Shown: positions 1 through 9,753 of the stretch, in pieces
How the letters are laid out: each line of letters starts with the position of its first letter
Position numbering within the stretch: the stretch's first letter is position 1
Position numbers and translations under genes: made by a program
The notes under the pieces: model-generated
The model's database searches: none
What the model was told of the DNA's origin: nothing
What the model saw: the letters and a program-made list of their open reading frames with translations, nothing else
DNA from: Sphingomonadaceae bacterium
GTDB lineage: Bacteria; Pseudomonadota; Alphaproteobacteria; Sphingomonadales; Sphingomonadaceae
Direction of reading: 5' to 3'
Length of the DNA stretch: 39,093 nucleotides
Assembly: GCA_043742745.1 (NCBI GenBank)
Contig: JAYTXW010000177.1
Span: forward strand, 1 to 39,093

Positions 1-1
1 G

Positions 2-307
<306 letters not shown>

Positions 308-591
308 CCGGATCGCTTGCGGCTTCAGGAGGAGCATCAAGCTGGCTGTTAACGCCGTTCCTTCCAAGGCCGGTCGCGAGGTCGCGGCGCACCTCCGTCA
401 GCGCGTCGTGGATGAACTGACGGCGACTTTTGCCCCAGCGAGAGCGCCCACATGATTAGCGTGAGTAAAGTGCTAAAAAACCCGGCATTTTGCTAGCCTA
501 CGAAGGCAAGGCAACGGGCGAGAAGTATCTGATCGATCCCACGCGCGATATTTTTTAACGCAAGCATGATCTAAATAATTTAATTAGCTGA

Positions 592-618
592 TCCTACCGG
601 GCCAATGGCCCGGTAGGA
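592..618 (-). terminator. Hairpin, probable intrinsic terminator of the TonB-dependent receptor gene
   Basis: Perfect inverted repeat TCCTACCGGGCCA-A-TGGCCCGGTAGGA, 13 nt downstream of the TBDR stop. It is followed on the minus strand by an AT-rich tract rather than a pure U-run. Confidence 0.7.
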
Positions 619-631
619 CGAATGCGCGAAT

Positions 632-3217
632 TCAGAAGTTCACTCGTGCACGCAAGCCGAATTGACGTTTGTCAGCCGCAAAGGTTGCCAACGACAGGCC
701 GCCTGCAGGTAGTGCTTGCGTATCACCACTTGATTGAGCCGATTGCACTGACTCATTGTCAAAGGTATTGTTTACGTAAAACAGCACCGTATATTTTGTA
801 TTTTCGATGCCTAGCTGAAAATTTACATTGGCATATGGGCTGTAATAGTACTGGTTCGTATTATCCTGATAGCGGCGACTACGGTATTGGACATCACCGT
901 TTGCTAGCAAATTCCAGTCACTTATCAGCGGCCGACGATAATTGAGCGATGCGACGAACGAATGACGTGCCGCGCCTTCAAGGCGGTTGCCGTCGAGGTT
1001 GACGTAGCAGCCCTTGAAGTTGCCGACCGTCTTGATCGTGCACCCGCCCGCGAGCGCGATCGTGATCGGGCTCGTCTGCGGGATGTTGAAGTCGATGTAT
1101 TTGGCGTCGAGATAGGTGTAGCCGAAGCTCAGGTTTAGGCCGCGCGTGAGTAGCGCCGCGATCTCGAGTTCGGCCCCGTCGACCCGCGCGCCGCCGATAT
1201 TCTGGATCAGGCTGACGTTACCCTGCGGATTGACCGAGAAGGGCACCGGCACGAGCGTCGATTCCTGCTTGTCCTTGTAATCCTCGCGGAAGATGGCGGC
1301 GTTGAACTGCAGCCGCCGGTCGAACAAGGTCGATTTGAAGCCCAGTTCGTAGTTGTACAGCTTTTCGGTACCGAAGGCCGCGTCTTGCGGGTTGGGCGTC
1401 TGCACCTGCGACAGGCCCGCGGGTTTGATCCCCTTCGCGAATGAGAAATAGGCGAGCAGGTTGGGATTGAACTTGTACGTCGCTGTTGCCCGCGGCGCGA
1501 AATAAGTCGTCGCCGTGCTCGCGGTAAACGCGCTGCCGACGAGGGTGAACGGGTAAATGCCGCCTACTGCCGTCTTCGAAATCGCGATGCTCTTGGCGAA
1601 CAGATAATCGTAGGTTTCACGCGCCTCGCGCCCTTCCACCGAGATCGTCAGCTTGTCGGTGATGTCGAACTCCGCGGTGGCATAGGCGGAATAGTGATGG
1701 GTGACGCGCCCCTGGTCCTGCGCCGGGCCGCGCCCGCCGAGCAGCTTGACATCATAATAGATGTTGACGGCCGTCGGCGGCGTGACGTCCGGAGCATTGA
1801 ACCCGGCGTTGGAGATGCTGCCAAGTTTCTGCTGGACATTCTCCCACCAATACAGCCCACCGACCGCCCAGCGGAAGCGATGGGCGCCCTGCTGCCCGAT
1901 CCGGAGTTCCTGACTGAACTGGCGCGTGTGCGTCGTTGCATCAAAGAAGAAGAGTCCGGTCGCGATGTTGCCGGCGGGAACCTCGGCGAGCCCGGTCGAG
2001 CCCGACTGGGTAATCGTCGTCAGCGGGCGCCCGAAGAAATCGGTGTCCTGGACGGAAGTCTGGTGGGAATCGGTGTAGCCGGTCCAAGTCGACAGCTCGA
2101 CGTCACTGAACAGGCCGATCTGAGAGCGAAGGCTGCTCAGCGAGGTCTTCGTGTGCGTCCCCGGAAAGTCGAGCCCGGTCAGCGGATCGGTCGACAGGTT
2201 AACCGTGCCGATACCTTTGCCGAGCAGACCGCGCTTGGCAAAGTAGGCAACCGAACCCAGCGTCGTCTGCGGAGCGCCGATGATGCCGACCTGCTGCCCG
2301 GCGACGTTCGCCGGCAACGCGACCGTCTCACGCTGCAAGACCTCGGGAGCCCCGCCAACATAATATTCGGCGCGCGGCTTATAGGTGTCGTCGGAGTACA
2401 TCGTCCGTGCGATGAACTTGAACCCTTCCCGCGGCTCCCATTTGGCCGCGATCGAGCCGCCTTCCGAACGGTTGCCGCCGATCCGCTTGCCAGTCACCTC
2501 GTTGTTATAAAAACCATCGAAATATGAGTAGAGACCATTGACCCGGACGGCGAGCGTGCTGGTCAGCGGCACGTTGATCGCCGCCCGCGCCTCGTAGAGG
2601 CTATAGGTGGCCGCTTCGCCGCTGACATAGCCTTCGATGCCTTTGGTCGACGGATCTTTGCTGATGTAATTGATCGCGCCGCCGAACGCGACACGACCGT
2701 AAAGCGCCGACTGCGGACCCTTGACGACTTCGATCCGTTCGAGGTCGACGAGCTTGAGGTTGGCAAGGTTGCCGCCGCCCGCCGTCGCGATCGATTCGGT
2801 CGAGATGTCGATGCCGTCGAGCAGGATCCCGACCGGCGGCCGCCCGCGCGTCGAGGGCAGTCCCCGGATGCTCGGCCGCACGTCCTGTTGGACGAAGCCC
2901 TTGTCGACGAAAAGTCCGGGAGTGTACCGCGCTACGTCGCCAACGTCGCGGATACCCTTGTTGAGGATGTTTTCGGCGGACAGGGCGGTGACCGTCAGCG
3001 GGACATTCTGCAGGCTTTCGGCCTTGCGCCGCGCGGTGACGGTGATGTCCTGGAGCTGATCGTCGGCGTCGTTCGCGGCGATCTGCGCGGGTGGCGTGTC
3101 CGTCGGCGCGGTCGCCTGTGCGAACGCAGGCGCGGCAATCATCGCCAAGGTCAGTGCGAGAAGCGACGATGCGCCGTTCAGCCGGACATTCCTGCAAAAA
3201 TCAGGTTGGTGCGTCAT
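632..3217 (-). CDS. TonB-dependent receptor
   Basis: 861 aa. Signal peptide (AAPAFA/QA), TonB-box-like DITVTARRK, plug motifs (SIRG, ERIEVVKGPQSALYG..AFGGAINYI), barrel motif E...NYELGFKS, C-terminal Phe (RVNF). Confidence 0.96.
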   Translation of the reverse strand: MTHQPDFCRNVRLNGASSLLALTLAMIAAPAFAQATAPTDTPPAQIAANDADDQLQDITVTARRKAESLQNVPLTVTALSAENILNKGIRDVGDVARYTPGLFVDKGFVQQDVRPSIRGLPSTRGRPPVGILLDGIDISTESIATAGGGNLANLKLVDLERIEVVKGPQSALYGRVAFGGAINYISKDPSTKGIEGYVSGEAATYSLYEARAAINVPLTSTLAVRVNGLYSYFDGFYNNEVTGKRIGGNRSEGGSIAAKWEPREGFKFIARTMYSDDTYKPRAEYYVGGAPEVLQRETVALPANVAGQQVGIIGAPQTTLGSVAYFAKRGLLGKGIGTVNLSTDPLTGLDFPGTHTKTSLSSLRSQIGLFSDVELSTWTGYTDSHQTSVQDTDFFGRPLTTITQSGSTGLAEVPAGNIATGLFFFDATTHTRQFSQELRIGQQGAHRFRWAVGGLYWWENVQQKLGSISNAGFNAPDVTPPTAVNIYYDVKLLGGRGPAQDQGRVTHHYSAYATAEFDITDKLTISVEGREARETYDYLFAKSIAISKTAVGGIYPFTLVGSAFTASTATTYFAPRATATYKFNPNLLAYFSFAKGIKPAGLSQVQTPNPQDAAFGTEKLYNYELGFKSTLFDRRLQFNAAIFREDYKDKQESTLVPVPFSVNPQGNVSLIQNIGGARVDGAELEIAALLTRGLNLSFGYTYLDAKYIDFNIPQTSPITIALAGGCTIKTVGNFKGCYVNLDGNRLEGAARHSFVASLNYRRPLISDWNLLANGDVQYRSRRYQDNTNQYYYSPYANVNFQLGIENTKYTVLFYVNNTFDNESVQSAQSSGDTQALPAGGLSLATFAADKRQFGLRARVNF

Positions 3218-3506
3218 TTTCAGTAGCCCCTCAATAAATCAGCTGAACCGTTCGCTGCTCGATCATTTTACGATGTCGGCGACGGCCAAATTCTCCCTGC
3301 CCACTGCCGCTAATTGGGCCCGTCTTCCCAGCTTGCTGGACCGAGCGGGGGAGCCAACTTTCCGACTACCCGGTTGATGTACCGAGGGCCAAGAACGACC
3401 GTACAGATCGATTCGAATTTATTCGCGGTTCGGATAGTGCTGCGTGGTCGGGCCGACGGCGCGCAGAGGGCGTATAGAAAGCGAAGGTGAACGCACGGAG
3501 ATTGGC

Positions 3507-3971
3507 ATGTTTCATCGGGCGTACCGGCTGGCCGCAGTTGGGTTAATGCTCGCAACCGTCGTCGCAACATCGGCGCAGCAGCCTGACGCTCGCGCGCAGG
3601 TGCGCGCGTTAATCTGGCAAAAAGAGCTGACAAATTACCGGGGTCGCGCGACCGTGGCCGGGCTGCAAAGCTATATCGACAGCATCGGCGACGATTACCT
3701 CGTCTGGCCGCCGGGCCGCGATCGGCCGATCCACCCGGTGGAACTCAAGGCACAAAATGCTGCGGCGGCAAAAGGCCCTCGGGAAAAGCTCTCGTTGACC
3801 CTGACCGATTTCACCATGCACGACGGCACGGCGATCATCTTCTACAGTTCCCACAAGACGATGACCGCGACCGGCGATCCTGTCGACGAGCGCTACGACA
3901 CGATCCACGTCTGGTCGCTGTACGGGACCGAATGGAAACTCATCGGCGGGCTGGCGCGCCGGACCAGTTGA
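3507..3971 (+). CDS. Exported NTF2-like/DUF4440 (SnoaL-fold) protein, paralogue 1
   Basis: ATG 3507 with GGAG upstream; hydrophobic signal peptide; C-terminal TAIIFY...HVW....EWKL typical of DUF4440-like proteins; homologous to 34055-34519 and 35905-36369. Confidence 0.8.
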   Translation: MFHRAYRLAAVGLMLATVVATSAQQPDARAQVRALIWQKELTNYRGRATVAGLQSYIDSIGDDYLVWPPGRDRPIHPVELKAQNAAAAKGPREKLSLTLTDFTMHDGTAIIFYSSHKTMTATGDPVDERYDTIHVWSLYGTEWKLIGGLARRTS

Positions 3972-3983
3972 GCGAAGCGCCGC

Positions 3984-5063
3984 CTACGGCGCGACGACCG
4001 GGCGAGTGCTAATTTTCAGGATGGTGATGCGGTCGCCGAACGACGTGCCGAGATAGATTCGACCACGCTTGACGACGCCGACCGAAAAACCGGGCGTCGC
4101 GATGCCGTCGCTGACGGCGATCGTGGTTAACCGAGAACGATCGAAATCGATTCGCGCCGCCATCGCTGGAAATCCGCAGCCAGGGCGGCGGAACTCGGGG
4201 CACCGTCGTGTGCTCACCAGCGGCTGGCCGGTCCCGCCGACGACGACGAACGTCCCGTCGCGCCGCGCGGTGACGTTATCGGGCTGCATCGCCACGGCCA
4301 GCCGGGTCCGCCCGCTACCATCGGGTCGGATACGATTGATGGCGTGGCCATAGGTTTCTGCGAAGGCCAGCCAGCGACCGTCCGGCGAGGCGTCAACTCC
4401 GTTGGGAAAGCTGCCTTCGCTGTGCAGGATCCGCTTCCAACCGGTCACCGCCGACCAGCGCACGAGAAAACCAGTCGGCATCCCGGCGCGGAACGCCGCC
4501 TCGCGTTCGTCGCGCGGAATGCCGGGATCGAACATGTGCGTGGCAGCAAACCCGCCGTCGGGCAACGGGGCGATATCGTTGAGGAAATAGGGCACCGGTG
4601 CCGCGACGCAGCCACTCCGCGTCAAACGCGGCTCGCCGCCGACGAACGCGATCCGGATGGTTTCGACCGCGTCGTTGGCAACCGCGGTGCCAGGCGGCGC
4701 GCCGTGAAGAATCCTCACCAGACGGAAGCCGCCGGTGTCGCGGCGGATGCCGATGCCGCCGCCCCGTGCCGCGGCGAAGCAGGCGGGGCCGAGCGCGTCG
4801 GACCGGAAGCGGACGATCGTCCCGGTCGTGGTGTTGAAGGCCGACAGTCCCGAACTGCCGTCGACCGCCCCTTCGCTGATCATCAACCACGGCGTGCCGG
4901 CAAGATCGGCGATATCCTCCGGGTCGGCGAAGCTACACACCTGCGCCGTCGTGCAGGCACCGACCGCATGGGCGACACCCCCTTCGGCCAGCGGCGAGCT
5001 CGCCTTGCCGGATAAGGCAAACAGCCCCAGCGCCGCGCCCGCCAGCCCCGCGCGGAGCATCAC
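3984..5063 (-). CDS. Exported SMP-30/gluconolactonase/paraoxonase-like six-bladed beta-propeller (lactonase/arylesterase-like)
   Basis: Signal peptide; PEDI, LNDIA, FPNGV and PDNV motifs match the E/N/N/D metal ligands of this family; stop-start overlap with the upstream SDR. Confidence 0.8.
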   Translation of the reverse strand: MMLRAGLAGAALGLFALSGKASSPLAEGGVAHAVGACTTAQVCSFADPEDIADLAGTPWLMISEGAVDGSSGLSAFNTTTGTIVRFRSDALGPACFAAARGGGIGIRRDTGGFRLVRILHGAPPGTAVANDAVETIRIAFVGGEPRLTRSGCVAAPVPYFLNDIAPLPDGGFAATHMFDPGIPRDEREAAFRAGMPTGFLVRWSAVTGWKRILHSEGSFPNGVDASPDGRWLAFAETYGHAINRIRPDGSGRTRLAVAMQPDNVTARRDGTFVVVGGTGQPLVSTRRCPEFRRPGCGFPAMAARIDFDRSRLTTIAVSDGIATPGFSVGVVKRGRIYLGTSFGDRITILKISTRPVVAP

Positions 5064-5860
5064 AACTGGTCGCGATACGGCGAGAGAATATCGCGGGGCG
5101 GCTGCATGGCGGCTCGCCGGCGGATCTTTGTCTTCGTCAGCCAGGTGAAGACCCGACCTCTGCGATCGTTGGTGTCAATGATCCGTGCCGCCCACCGCCC
5201 CGTCGTCGCCGGGTGATCGCCGATGATGTTGACGACCTTTTCGCGTGCCGGGCGCGCGTCGCGCGGGGTACGGGCGTGTTCGCGCAGGAAGCCTTCGGTG
5301 ATGACCAGCCCCGGGCTGAGAGCGGCGACGAGGATCGGGCTGCCGGCCAGTTCAGCGGCGAGTGACCGGGTCAGGAAGGTGACGGCCGCCTTCGACGTGG
5401 CGTAACCCGCCATGCCCGGCACCGGCACGCCGTCGGCCCCGGCCCCGAGCATATTGTAGATGGCACCGCCACGCGTCGTCATCCCCGCAACGGCCACCTG
5501 GCAGCCGAGCAGCGTGCCGACGAGATTTATATCGAGCATTCGCGTAAAATCGGTCGCGGCGATAGTCGATACCGACTGTCCGGTTAGGGCCAGCCCGGCG
5601 TTGTTGATCCAGACATCGATCGCGCCGAACGCGTGATGGGCCGCGCGCCACAGGTCCTCGACCTGCTCGCGCGAAGTGACGTCGCAGCCGAAGCCGACCG
5701 CGCGCGCGCCGGTAGCCGGCATCGCCGCTGCACAGCTTTGCGCTTCGACGGTGTCGGGAGCAGAGATCGCGACGTTGATCCCTCGGGCGAGCAGGGCCTC
5801 GGCAAGGGCCCGGCCGATGCCCTTCGTGCTGCCGGTGACGACCGCGGTCTTCACCGGCAT
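5060..5860 (-). CDS. Short-chain dehydrogenase/reductase
   Basis: TGSTKGIG cofactor motif, WINNAG, catalytic YATSK. Confidence 0.93.
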   Translation of the reverse strand: MPVKTAVVTGSTKGIGRALAEALLARGINVAISAPDTVEAQSCAAAMPATGARAVGFGCDVTSREQVEDLWRAAHHAFGAIDVWINNAGLALTGQSVSTIAATDFTRMLDINLVGTLLGCQVAVAGMTTRGGAIYNMLGAGADGVPVPGMAGYATSKAAVTFLTRSLAAELAGSPILVAALSPGLVITEGFLREHARTPRDARPAREKVVNIIGDHPATTGRWAARIIDTNDRRGRVFTWLTKTKIRRRAAMQPPRDILSPYRDQL

Positions 5861-6801
5861 TCCTCAAGGGCCTTGCCAGCGGCGTTGCGGGCACTGTCGG
5901 TCGTCGGTGCGCGACCCGCGAGGGCATCGGCGAACAGCGCGAGGCTTGCGTCGCGAACGAGCGCGAGGCGGCCCCGGTCAGCGTCCTCGACCCCGACACG
6001 CCTGGGATCGACGATTCCCCCGAGATAATGGCGCGCGCCCATCATGGTGATCAGACAGGTCGCGGTACTTCGGCTCTTCCGGTAGACGTCGGCATGCCAG
6101 TCGGCGTCGCGCACGGTCATCACCTTGCTATCGTCGCTCGATCCCACGATCACCAGCAGCGGGCCCCGCAACGCTGCGAGGTCGACCGAAAGAAACCCGG
6201 CGCGCGCGCGGAACGCTGGGCTGAGATCGTCACCGCCCGACCCCGGCGGGGACAACAGCAACGCTCCGACGAAACGCGGATCGCTGAAGTCTTCGAACGC
6301 GGTCGCGTTCCACACGCGCATACCGATTAGCGCGGCGATCGTGTGACCGCCGAAACTATGCCCCGCCGCGAGCAGGTGCCGCCGGTCGAGATGTCGGCGC
6401 AATGCCGGCACCGCGGCTTCGACGACCGCGAGATAATCCGCGATCCGTCGCATATCGACAATTCGCGTGCGCCAAAGGTCGGCCGGGGGCGGCACCGCCG
6501 GCGCGAAGCCATCGACCGGAGCATCGTCGTGGTCCGGCTGCAGTACGACAAAACCGTGCTCCGCCCACCAGCTAACGAGTGGCTCGTAGGTGGTGCGCGA
6601 GAGCCCCGAGCCATGCGAGAACAGGATCACCGGCAGACGTCCACGGATAACCGCCGGCGCGGTGACCCGGACCAGCAATAAGTGTCCCCGCGCATCCGCC
6701 GGAATGGTCACCGGATCGGTGATTGTCACCGCGATCCGCGCCGCGGCGGAGGCGCACGCGATCAGCGCGGCGAACGCGACGATGCCGCACAGCCTAAGCA
6801 T
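5851..6801 (-). CDS. Exported alpha/beta hydrolase (chlorophyllase/PAF-acetylhydrolase-like)
   Basis: Start reassigned to ATG 6801 (MLRLCGIVAFAALIACASAAA signal peptide; overlaps upstream stop); PVILFSHG, GFVVLQPDH, nucleophile elbow GHSFGG, GARH. Confidence 0.85.
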   Translation of the reverse strand: MLRLCGIVAFAALIACASAAARIAVTITDPVTIPADARGHLLLVRVTAPAVIRGRLPVILFSHGSGLSRTTYEPLVSWWAEHGFVVLQPDHDDAPVDGFAPAVPPPADLWRTRIVDMRRIADYLAVVEAAVPALRRHLDRRHLLAAGHSFGGHTIAALIGMRVWNATAFEDFSDPRFVGALLLSPPGSGGDDLSPAFRARAGFLSVDLAALRGPLLVIVGSSDDSKVMTVRDADWHADVYRKSRSTATCLITMMGARHYLGGIVDPRRVGVEDADRGRLALVRDASLALFADALAGRAPTTDSARNAAGKALEECR

Positions 6802-8257
6802 AAAGCCATTCGCGGAAGGTCGATCCGGCGACGCGCGGCGGCAGCATCGCCGGCAGCCCGGTCTCATCGGCCACTTCGCGCAATACTTTGGCGGCGGTTC
6901 GAACCACCTCCTCCTCGTCCCACTGCGTCGAGCGACCACCGGCGATCAATCGTTTGCCGGCAACGAAGACGTCTTCGACTTGGGCCGACTGCCCGCCCCA
7001 GACCAGTGCGCCGAGCGCGCGGCGCCCGTCGTACGTCGGCTGCATCTCGGCGCGCGTCATGTCGACCACGACGCAGTCCGCGGCCTTGCCGACCTCGAGC
7101 GAGCCCGCGATGTCGTCGGTGAACAGCGTGCGCGCGCCGCCCAGCGTCGCCATTTCGATCATCCGCTCGCTTGTCGCCCAATGCTCTATTGCCGGACGCG
7201 AGCGACCGGCAGCGACGTCGGCCTTGACGGCGAGGTTCTGCGCCAGGATTGCGTGTCGCATTACTTCGAACGGGTTCTGGCAATCGGTAACCAATGGCGC
7301 GTCGGTGCCGAGCGCCGGGATGATCCCGCGCGCAAGATATTCGTGAAGGGCGAGACCGGCACCGTCGAAAAAGCGCAACATCGGGACCAACGCCATCCGG
7401 CAGTCGTACTCGGCGAGGAGCGAAAATTCGTGCGACCGCAGGTTGACGCCTTTGCCGGCATAGATCGGTCCCCGGTCGAGCAGGCCGAAGCTGCGATAGT
7501 AATCGACCTGTCCGCCGTCGAAGCCGCGCGCGGCCAGCGCCGCACCGCGGCTGTTGTCGGTCATATCGACCCCGAAGCGGACGCCAATGCGCGCCGCACC
7601 CTCGTGGATACGGCGCATATCTTCGGGGTCGGCGAGGAAATTGAAGTTGAGAAACCCCGCCGCCACGCCGATGCGGTCAGACGCGAAGCGCCCCGCAAGA
7701 CGCTCGACCTCGATCAGCCCGCGCTCGGCGGTTTCACGACCGCGAGCGGGAACGCCCGGCCCGTTGACGATGCAGCGGCACAGATAGCCTCGCATCCCCG
7801 AATCGGTGAGCGCCTGCCATGAGCCATCGGCACTGTCAGTGCGGACGTTGGTGAAATGCTCATCGTGGGTCGCGGTATATCCGGCCTTGAGCAGCTCGAG
7901 CGCATGCAGGCGGACGAGCGCGTAGCTGCGCTCGGCATCGAGCCGATCGCACACCGTGTACAGTTGCGTCAGCAGAGCCCGCACGGCGGTCGGGATGTCG
8001 AGCACCGGCCAGCGGTCGTCGTTATAGCCGCGAAACGCGATCTGGATCAGGTGGTTATGCGCATTCGCCATCCCCGGCAGGATCATCTTCCCCGCCGCCT
8101 CGATGACATTGTCGGCTGTAACCGTGCAGTCGACGGTTCGCCCGACAGCGAAGATCCGATCGTCCCGAAAGGCGATATAGCCATCGGTGAAGGCCCGCCG
8201 CTCGGCATCGACGGTGATGACGTACCCGCCGCGAATCAGCGTGTCGGCGTGGTCCAT
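6794..8257 (-). CDS. Amidohydrolase superfamily protein (TRZ/ATZ, deaminase-like) with atypical metal site
   Basis: LPGMANAHNH (HxH), LGTD, ATLGGAR, GSLEVGKAAD; the later His motifs are replaced (see findings). Confidence 0.9.
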   Translation of the reverse strand: MDHADTLIRGGYVITVDAERRAFTDGYIAFRDDRIFAVGRTVDCTVTADNVIEAAGKMILPGMANAHNHLIQIAFRGYNDDRWPVLDIPTAVRALLTQLYTVCDRLDAERSYALVRLHALELLKAGYTATHDEHFTNVRTDSADGSWQALTDSGMRGYLCRCIVNGPGVPARGRETAERGLIEVERLAGRFASDRIGVAAGFLNFNFLADPEDMRRIHEGAARIGVRFGVDMTDNSRGAALAARGFDGGQVDYYRSFGLLDRGPIYAGKGVNLRSHEFSLLAEYDCRMALVPMLRFFDGAGLALHEYLARGIIPALGTDAPLVTDCQNPFEVMRHAILAQNLAVKADVAAGRSRPAIEHWATSERMIEMATLGGARTLFTDDIAGSLEVGKAADCVVVDMTRAEMQPTYDGRRALGALVWGGQSAQVEDVFVAGKRLIAGGRSTQWDEEEVVRTAAKVLREVADETGLPAMLPPRVAGSTFREWLYA

Positions 8258-8259
8258 CG

Positions 8260-9621
8260 TCAGCCGGGGACGTAGGCGATGAGATCGAGCAGCGCATTCG
8301 CCCCGGGGACGGCCAGCGGCCCGCCGGTCTTCATTGTCGTGGACGCCGGCTTGACCCCCGGAAAATGCCTAGCCCATTCTTCGATCGAGTCGGCGAAGTG
8401 ATCGCCCGCGTCATGAAAGCACGCGCGACGAACGACGTTTTCGAGCGAGGTTCCCGCGGCCTCGCAGATCGCCGCGACGTGCTTTAGAATGAAGCGCATC
8501 TGCGCCTGTCCCGGCAGACCGTACCATGGGAACTCGGGGTGCCGCAGCATTCCGTCGGCGAGCACGCCACGCGAATCGCACGCCATTTGCTGGCTCATGA
8601 ACGGGAAGTTGCCCGCCTTGATCCCCTGTGGTTCGTGACTCCATGGCTCGGGTGCAGCCAAGGTTTCGATCACTTCGGCGACCAGTTTGCTGTCGTCGGC
8701 GAGCAAGGTCAGGGCGATCTCGATCCGGCTGCCCCGCGTTCCCAGCCCCATGTAGGGGATTACGCAGCGGGTGGGGGGATTCTTGGGGAACCAGCGCTTC
8801 CACACCCGGTCCATGCCCGCGAAATCAAACGAGTCCCCGATGTAGATATCGGCTTTGACCGCGCGTGCGAGCGATGACCCCGCGGCGTCGGCGATCGCCG
8901 CGAGCTTCGACAGCGTATAGTCGGTCTGCGCCTCGATCGGCGAACCGTACCACACGTGGGGGTTGGTCCTCGCGGCCTTGGCCAGTGCGCTCGGCTCCCC
9001 CATCGAGCGCGCCTCGCCATAGTCGCCGACCCAGTCGGTTGGAACTTCACCGGCCAAGAAGATCCAGTCGCCGAGGCGCAACGCGGGCGAATAGCCGGCG
9101 AGCGGCATCGGAATATCCGGAGGAGCGGCGAAACCCTGCCGCAGGGTGTCGTCGACGATGGCGATGACGTCGACCTCGATCCGCGCGCCGCGAACCGGTA
9201 GCGCCCGAATACTGACGGCGGTAGAGGCCGGGCGCGGTTCGACGATGTAGTCGTTGCGCACGTCGAGATACGGATTGATGCTCAACCCCGGCCACAAATC
9301 ACCGTCGGCGAATTGTTGCATCGTCGGCGTGTCGTATGGAAACCACTGCCAGATGCGCACGATGTCGGTCGCCATGTCGGCCCCGGCAGCATCGAGCGTG
9401 CGCTTCAGCGTCTCCATCACGAACCGCGATTGCAGCGCCTGTTCGTCGACGAGATTCGCGTTGCCAGCACGGGCCGCGGGGGCAATGCCGGTCTTGAAGT
9501 CGCTTGCGAGCTGGCCCGAGACAAACACCCAGTCAGCTGCCTTGACCGCCGGGCTGTACGGCATCAGCGGCTGCGGAATGTCGGGCCAGATCGACCGGGG
9601 GGCTTGAGAATCGATGACCAT
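8260..9621 (-). CDS. RidA/YjgF-family protein with three tandem domains
   Basis: Three repeats: YSPAVKAADWVFVSGQ...PAST...IEVD; YSPALRLGDWIFLAGE...PTRC...IEIA; EPQGIKAGNFPFMSQQ...PAST...LDLIA. Confidence 0.88.
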   Translation of the reverse strand: MVIDSQAPRSIWPDIPQPLMPYSPAVKAADWVFVSGQLASDFKTGIAPAARAGNANLVDEQALQSRFVMETLKRTLDAAGADMATDIVRIWQWFPYDTPTMQQFADGDLWPGLSINPYLDVRNDYIVEPRPASTAVSIRALPVRGARIEVDVIAIVDDTLRQGFAAPPDIPMPLAGYSPALRLGDWIFLAGEVPTDWVGDYGEARSMGEPSALAKAARTNPHVWYGSPIEAQTDYTLSKLAAIADAAGSSLARAVKADIYIGDSFDFAGMDRVWKRWFPKNPPTRCVIPYMGLGTRGSRIEIALTLLADDSKLVAEVIETLAAPEPWSHEPQGIKAGNFPFMSQQMACDSRGVLADGMLRHPEFPWYGLPGQAQMRFILKHVAAICEAAGTSLENVVRRACFHDAGDHFADSIEEWARHFPGVKPASTTMKTGGPLAVPGANALLDLIAYVPG

Positions 9622-9753
9622 GATTGTCTCCGATGACGACCCTAGTCTATGCCGCCGCTGTCGTCAGCCGACCGCCACCGTGCGATTTGTCCACCCTGCG
9701 GTCAGCCGTAATTTGCCAGCATACCCGGCGCGGCGGCGAGTCAAAGGAGCAGA

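Noticed and set aside
632-945. Diversity-generating retroelement variable region at the TBDR C-terminus
   Set aside because: No reverse transcriptase and no template-repeat copy seen in the window; the shift is a general AT enrichment at synonymous sites.
5060-6801. Dedicated chlorophyll degradation genes (chlorophyllase plus chlorophyll b reductase)
   Set aside because: Family-level resemblance only; both families are broad, so the substrate cannot be assigned from sequence.
6590-7822. Long alternative-frame or antisense ORFs (e.g. 1694-2527, 6590-7822, 9664-10929, 16914-17912, 19190-20047, 24594-25421, 29996-30898)
   Set aside because: They overlap well-supported genes, are Arg/Pro/Ala-rich without motifs, and are expected shadows in high-GC DNA.
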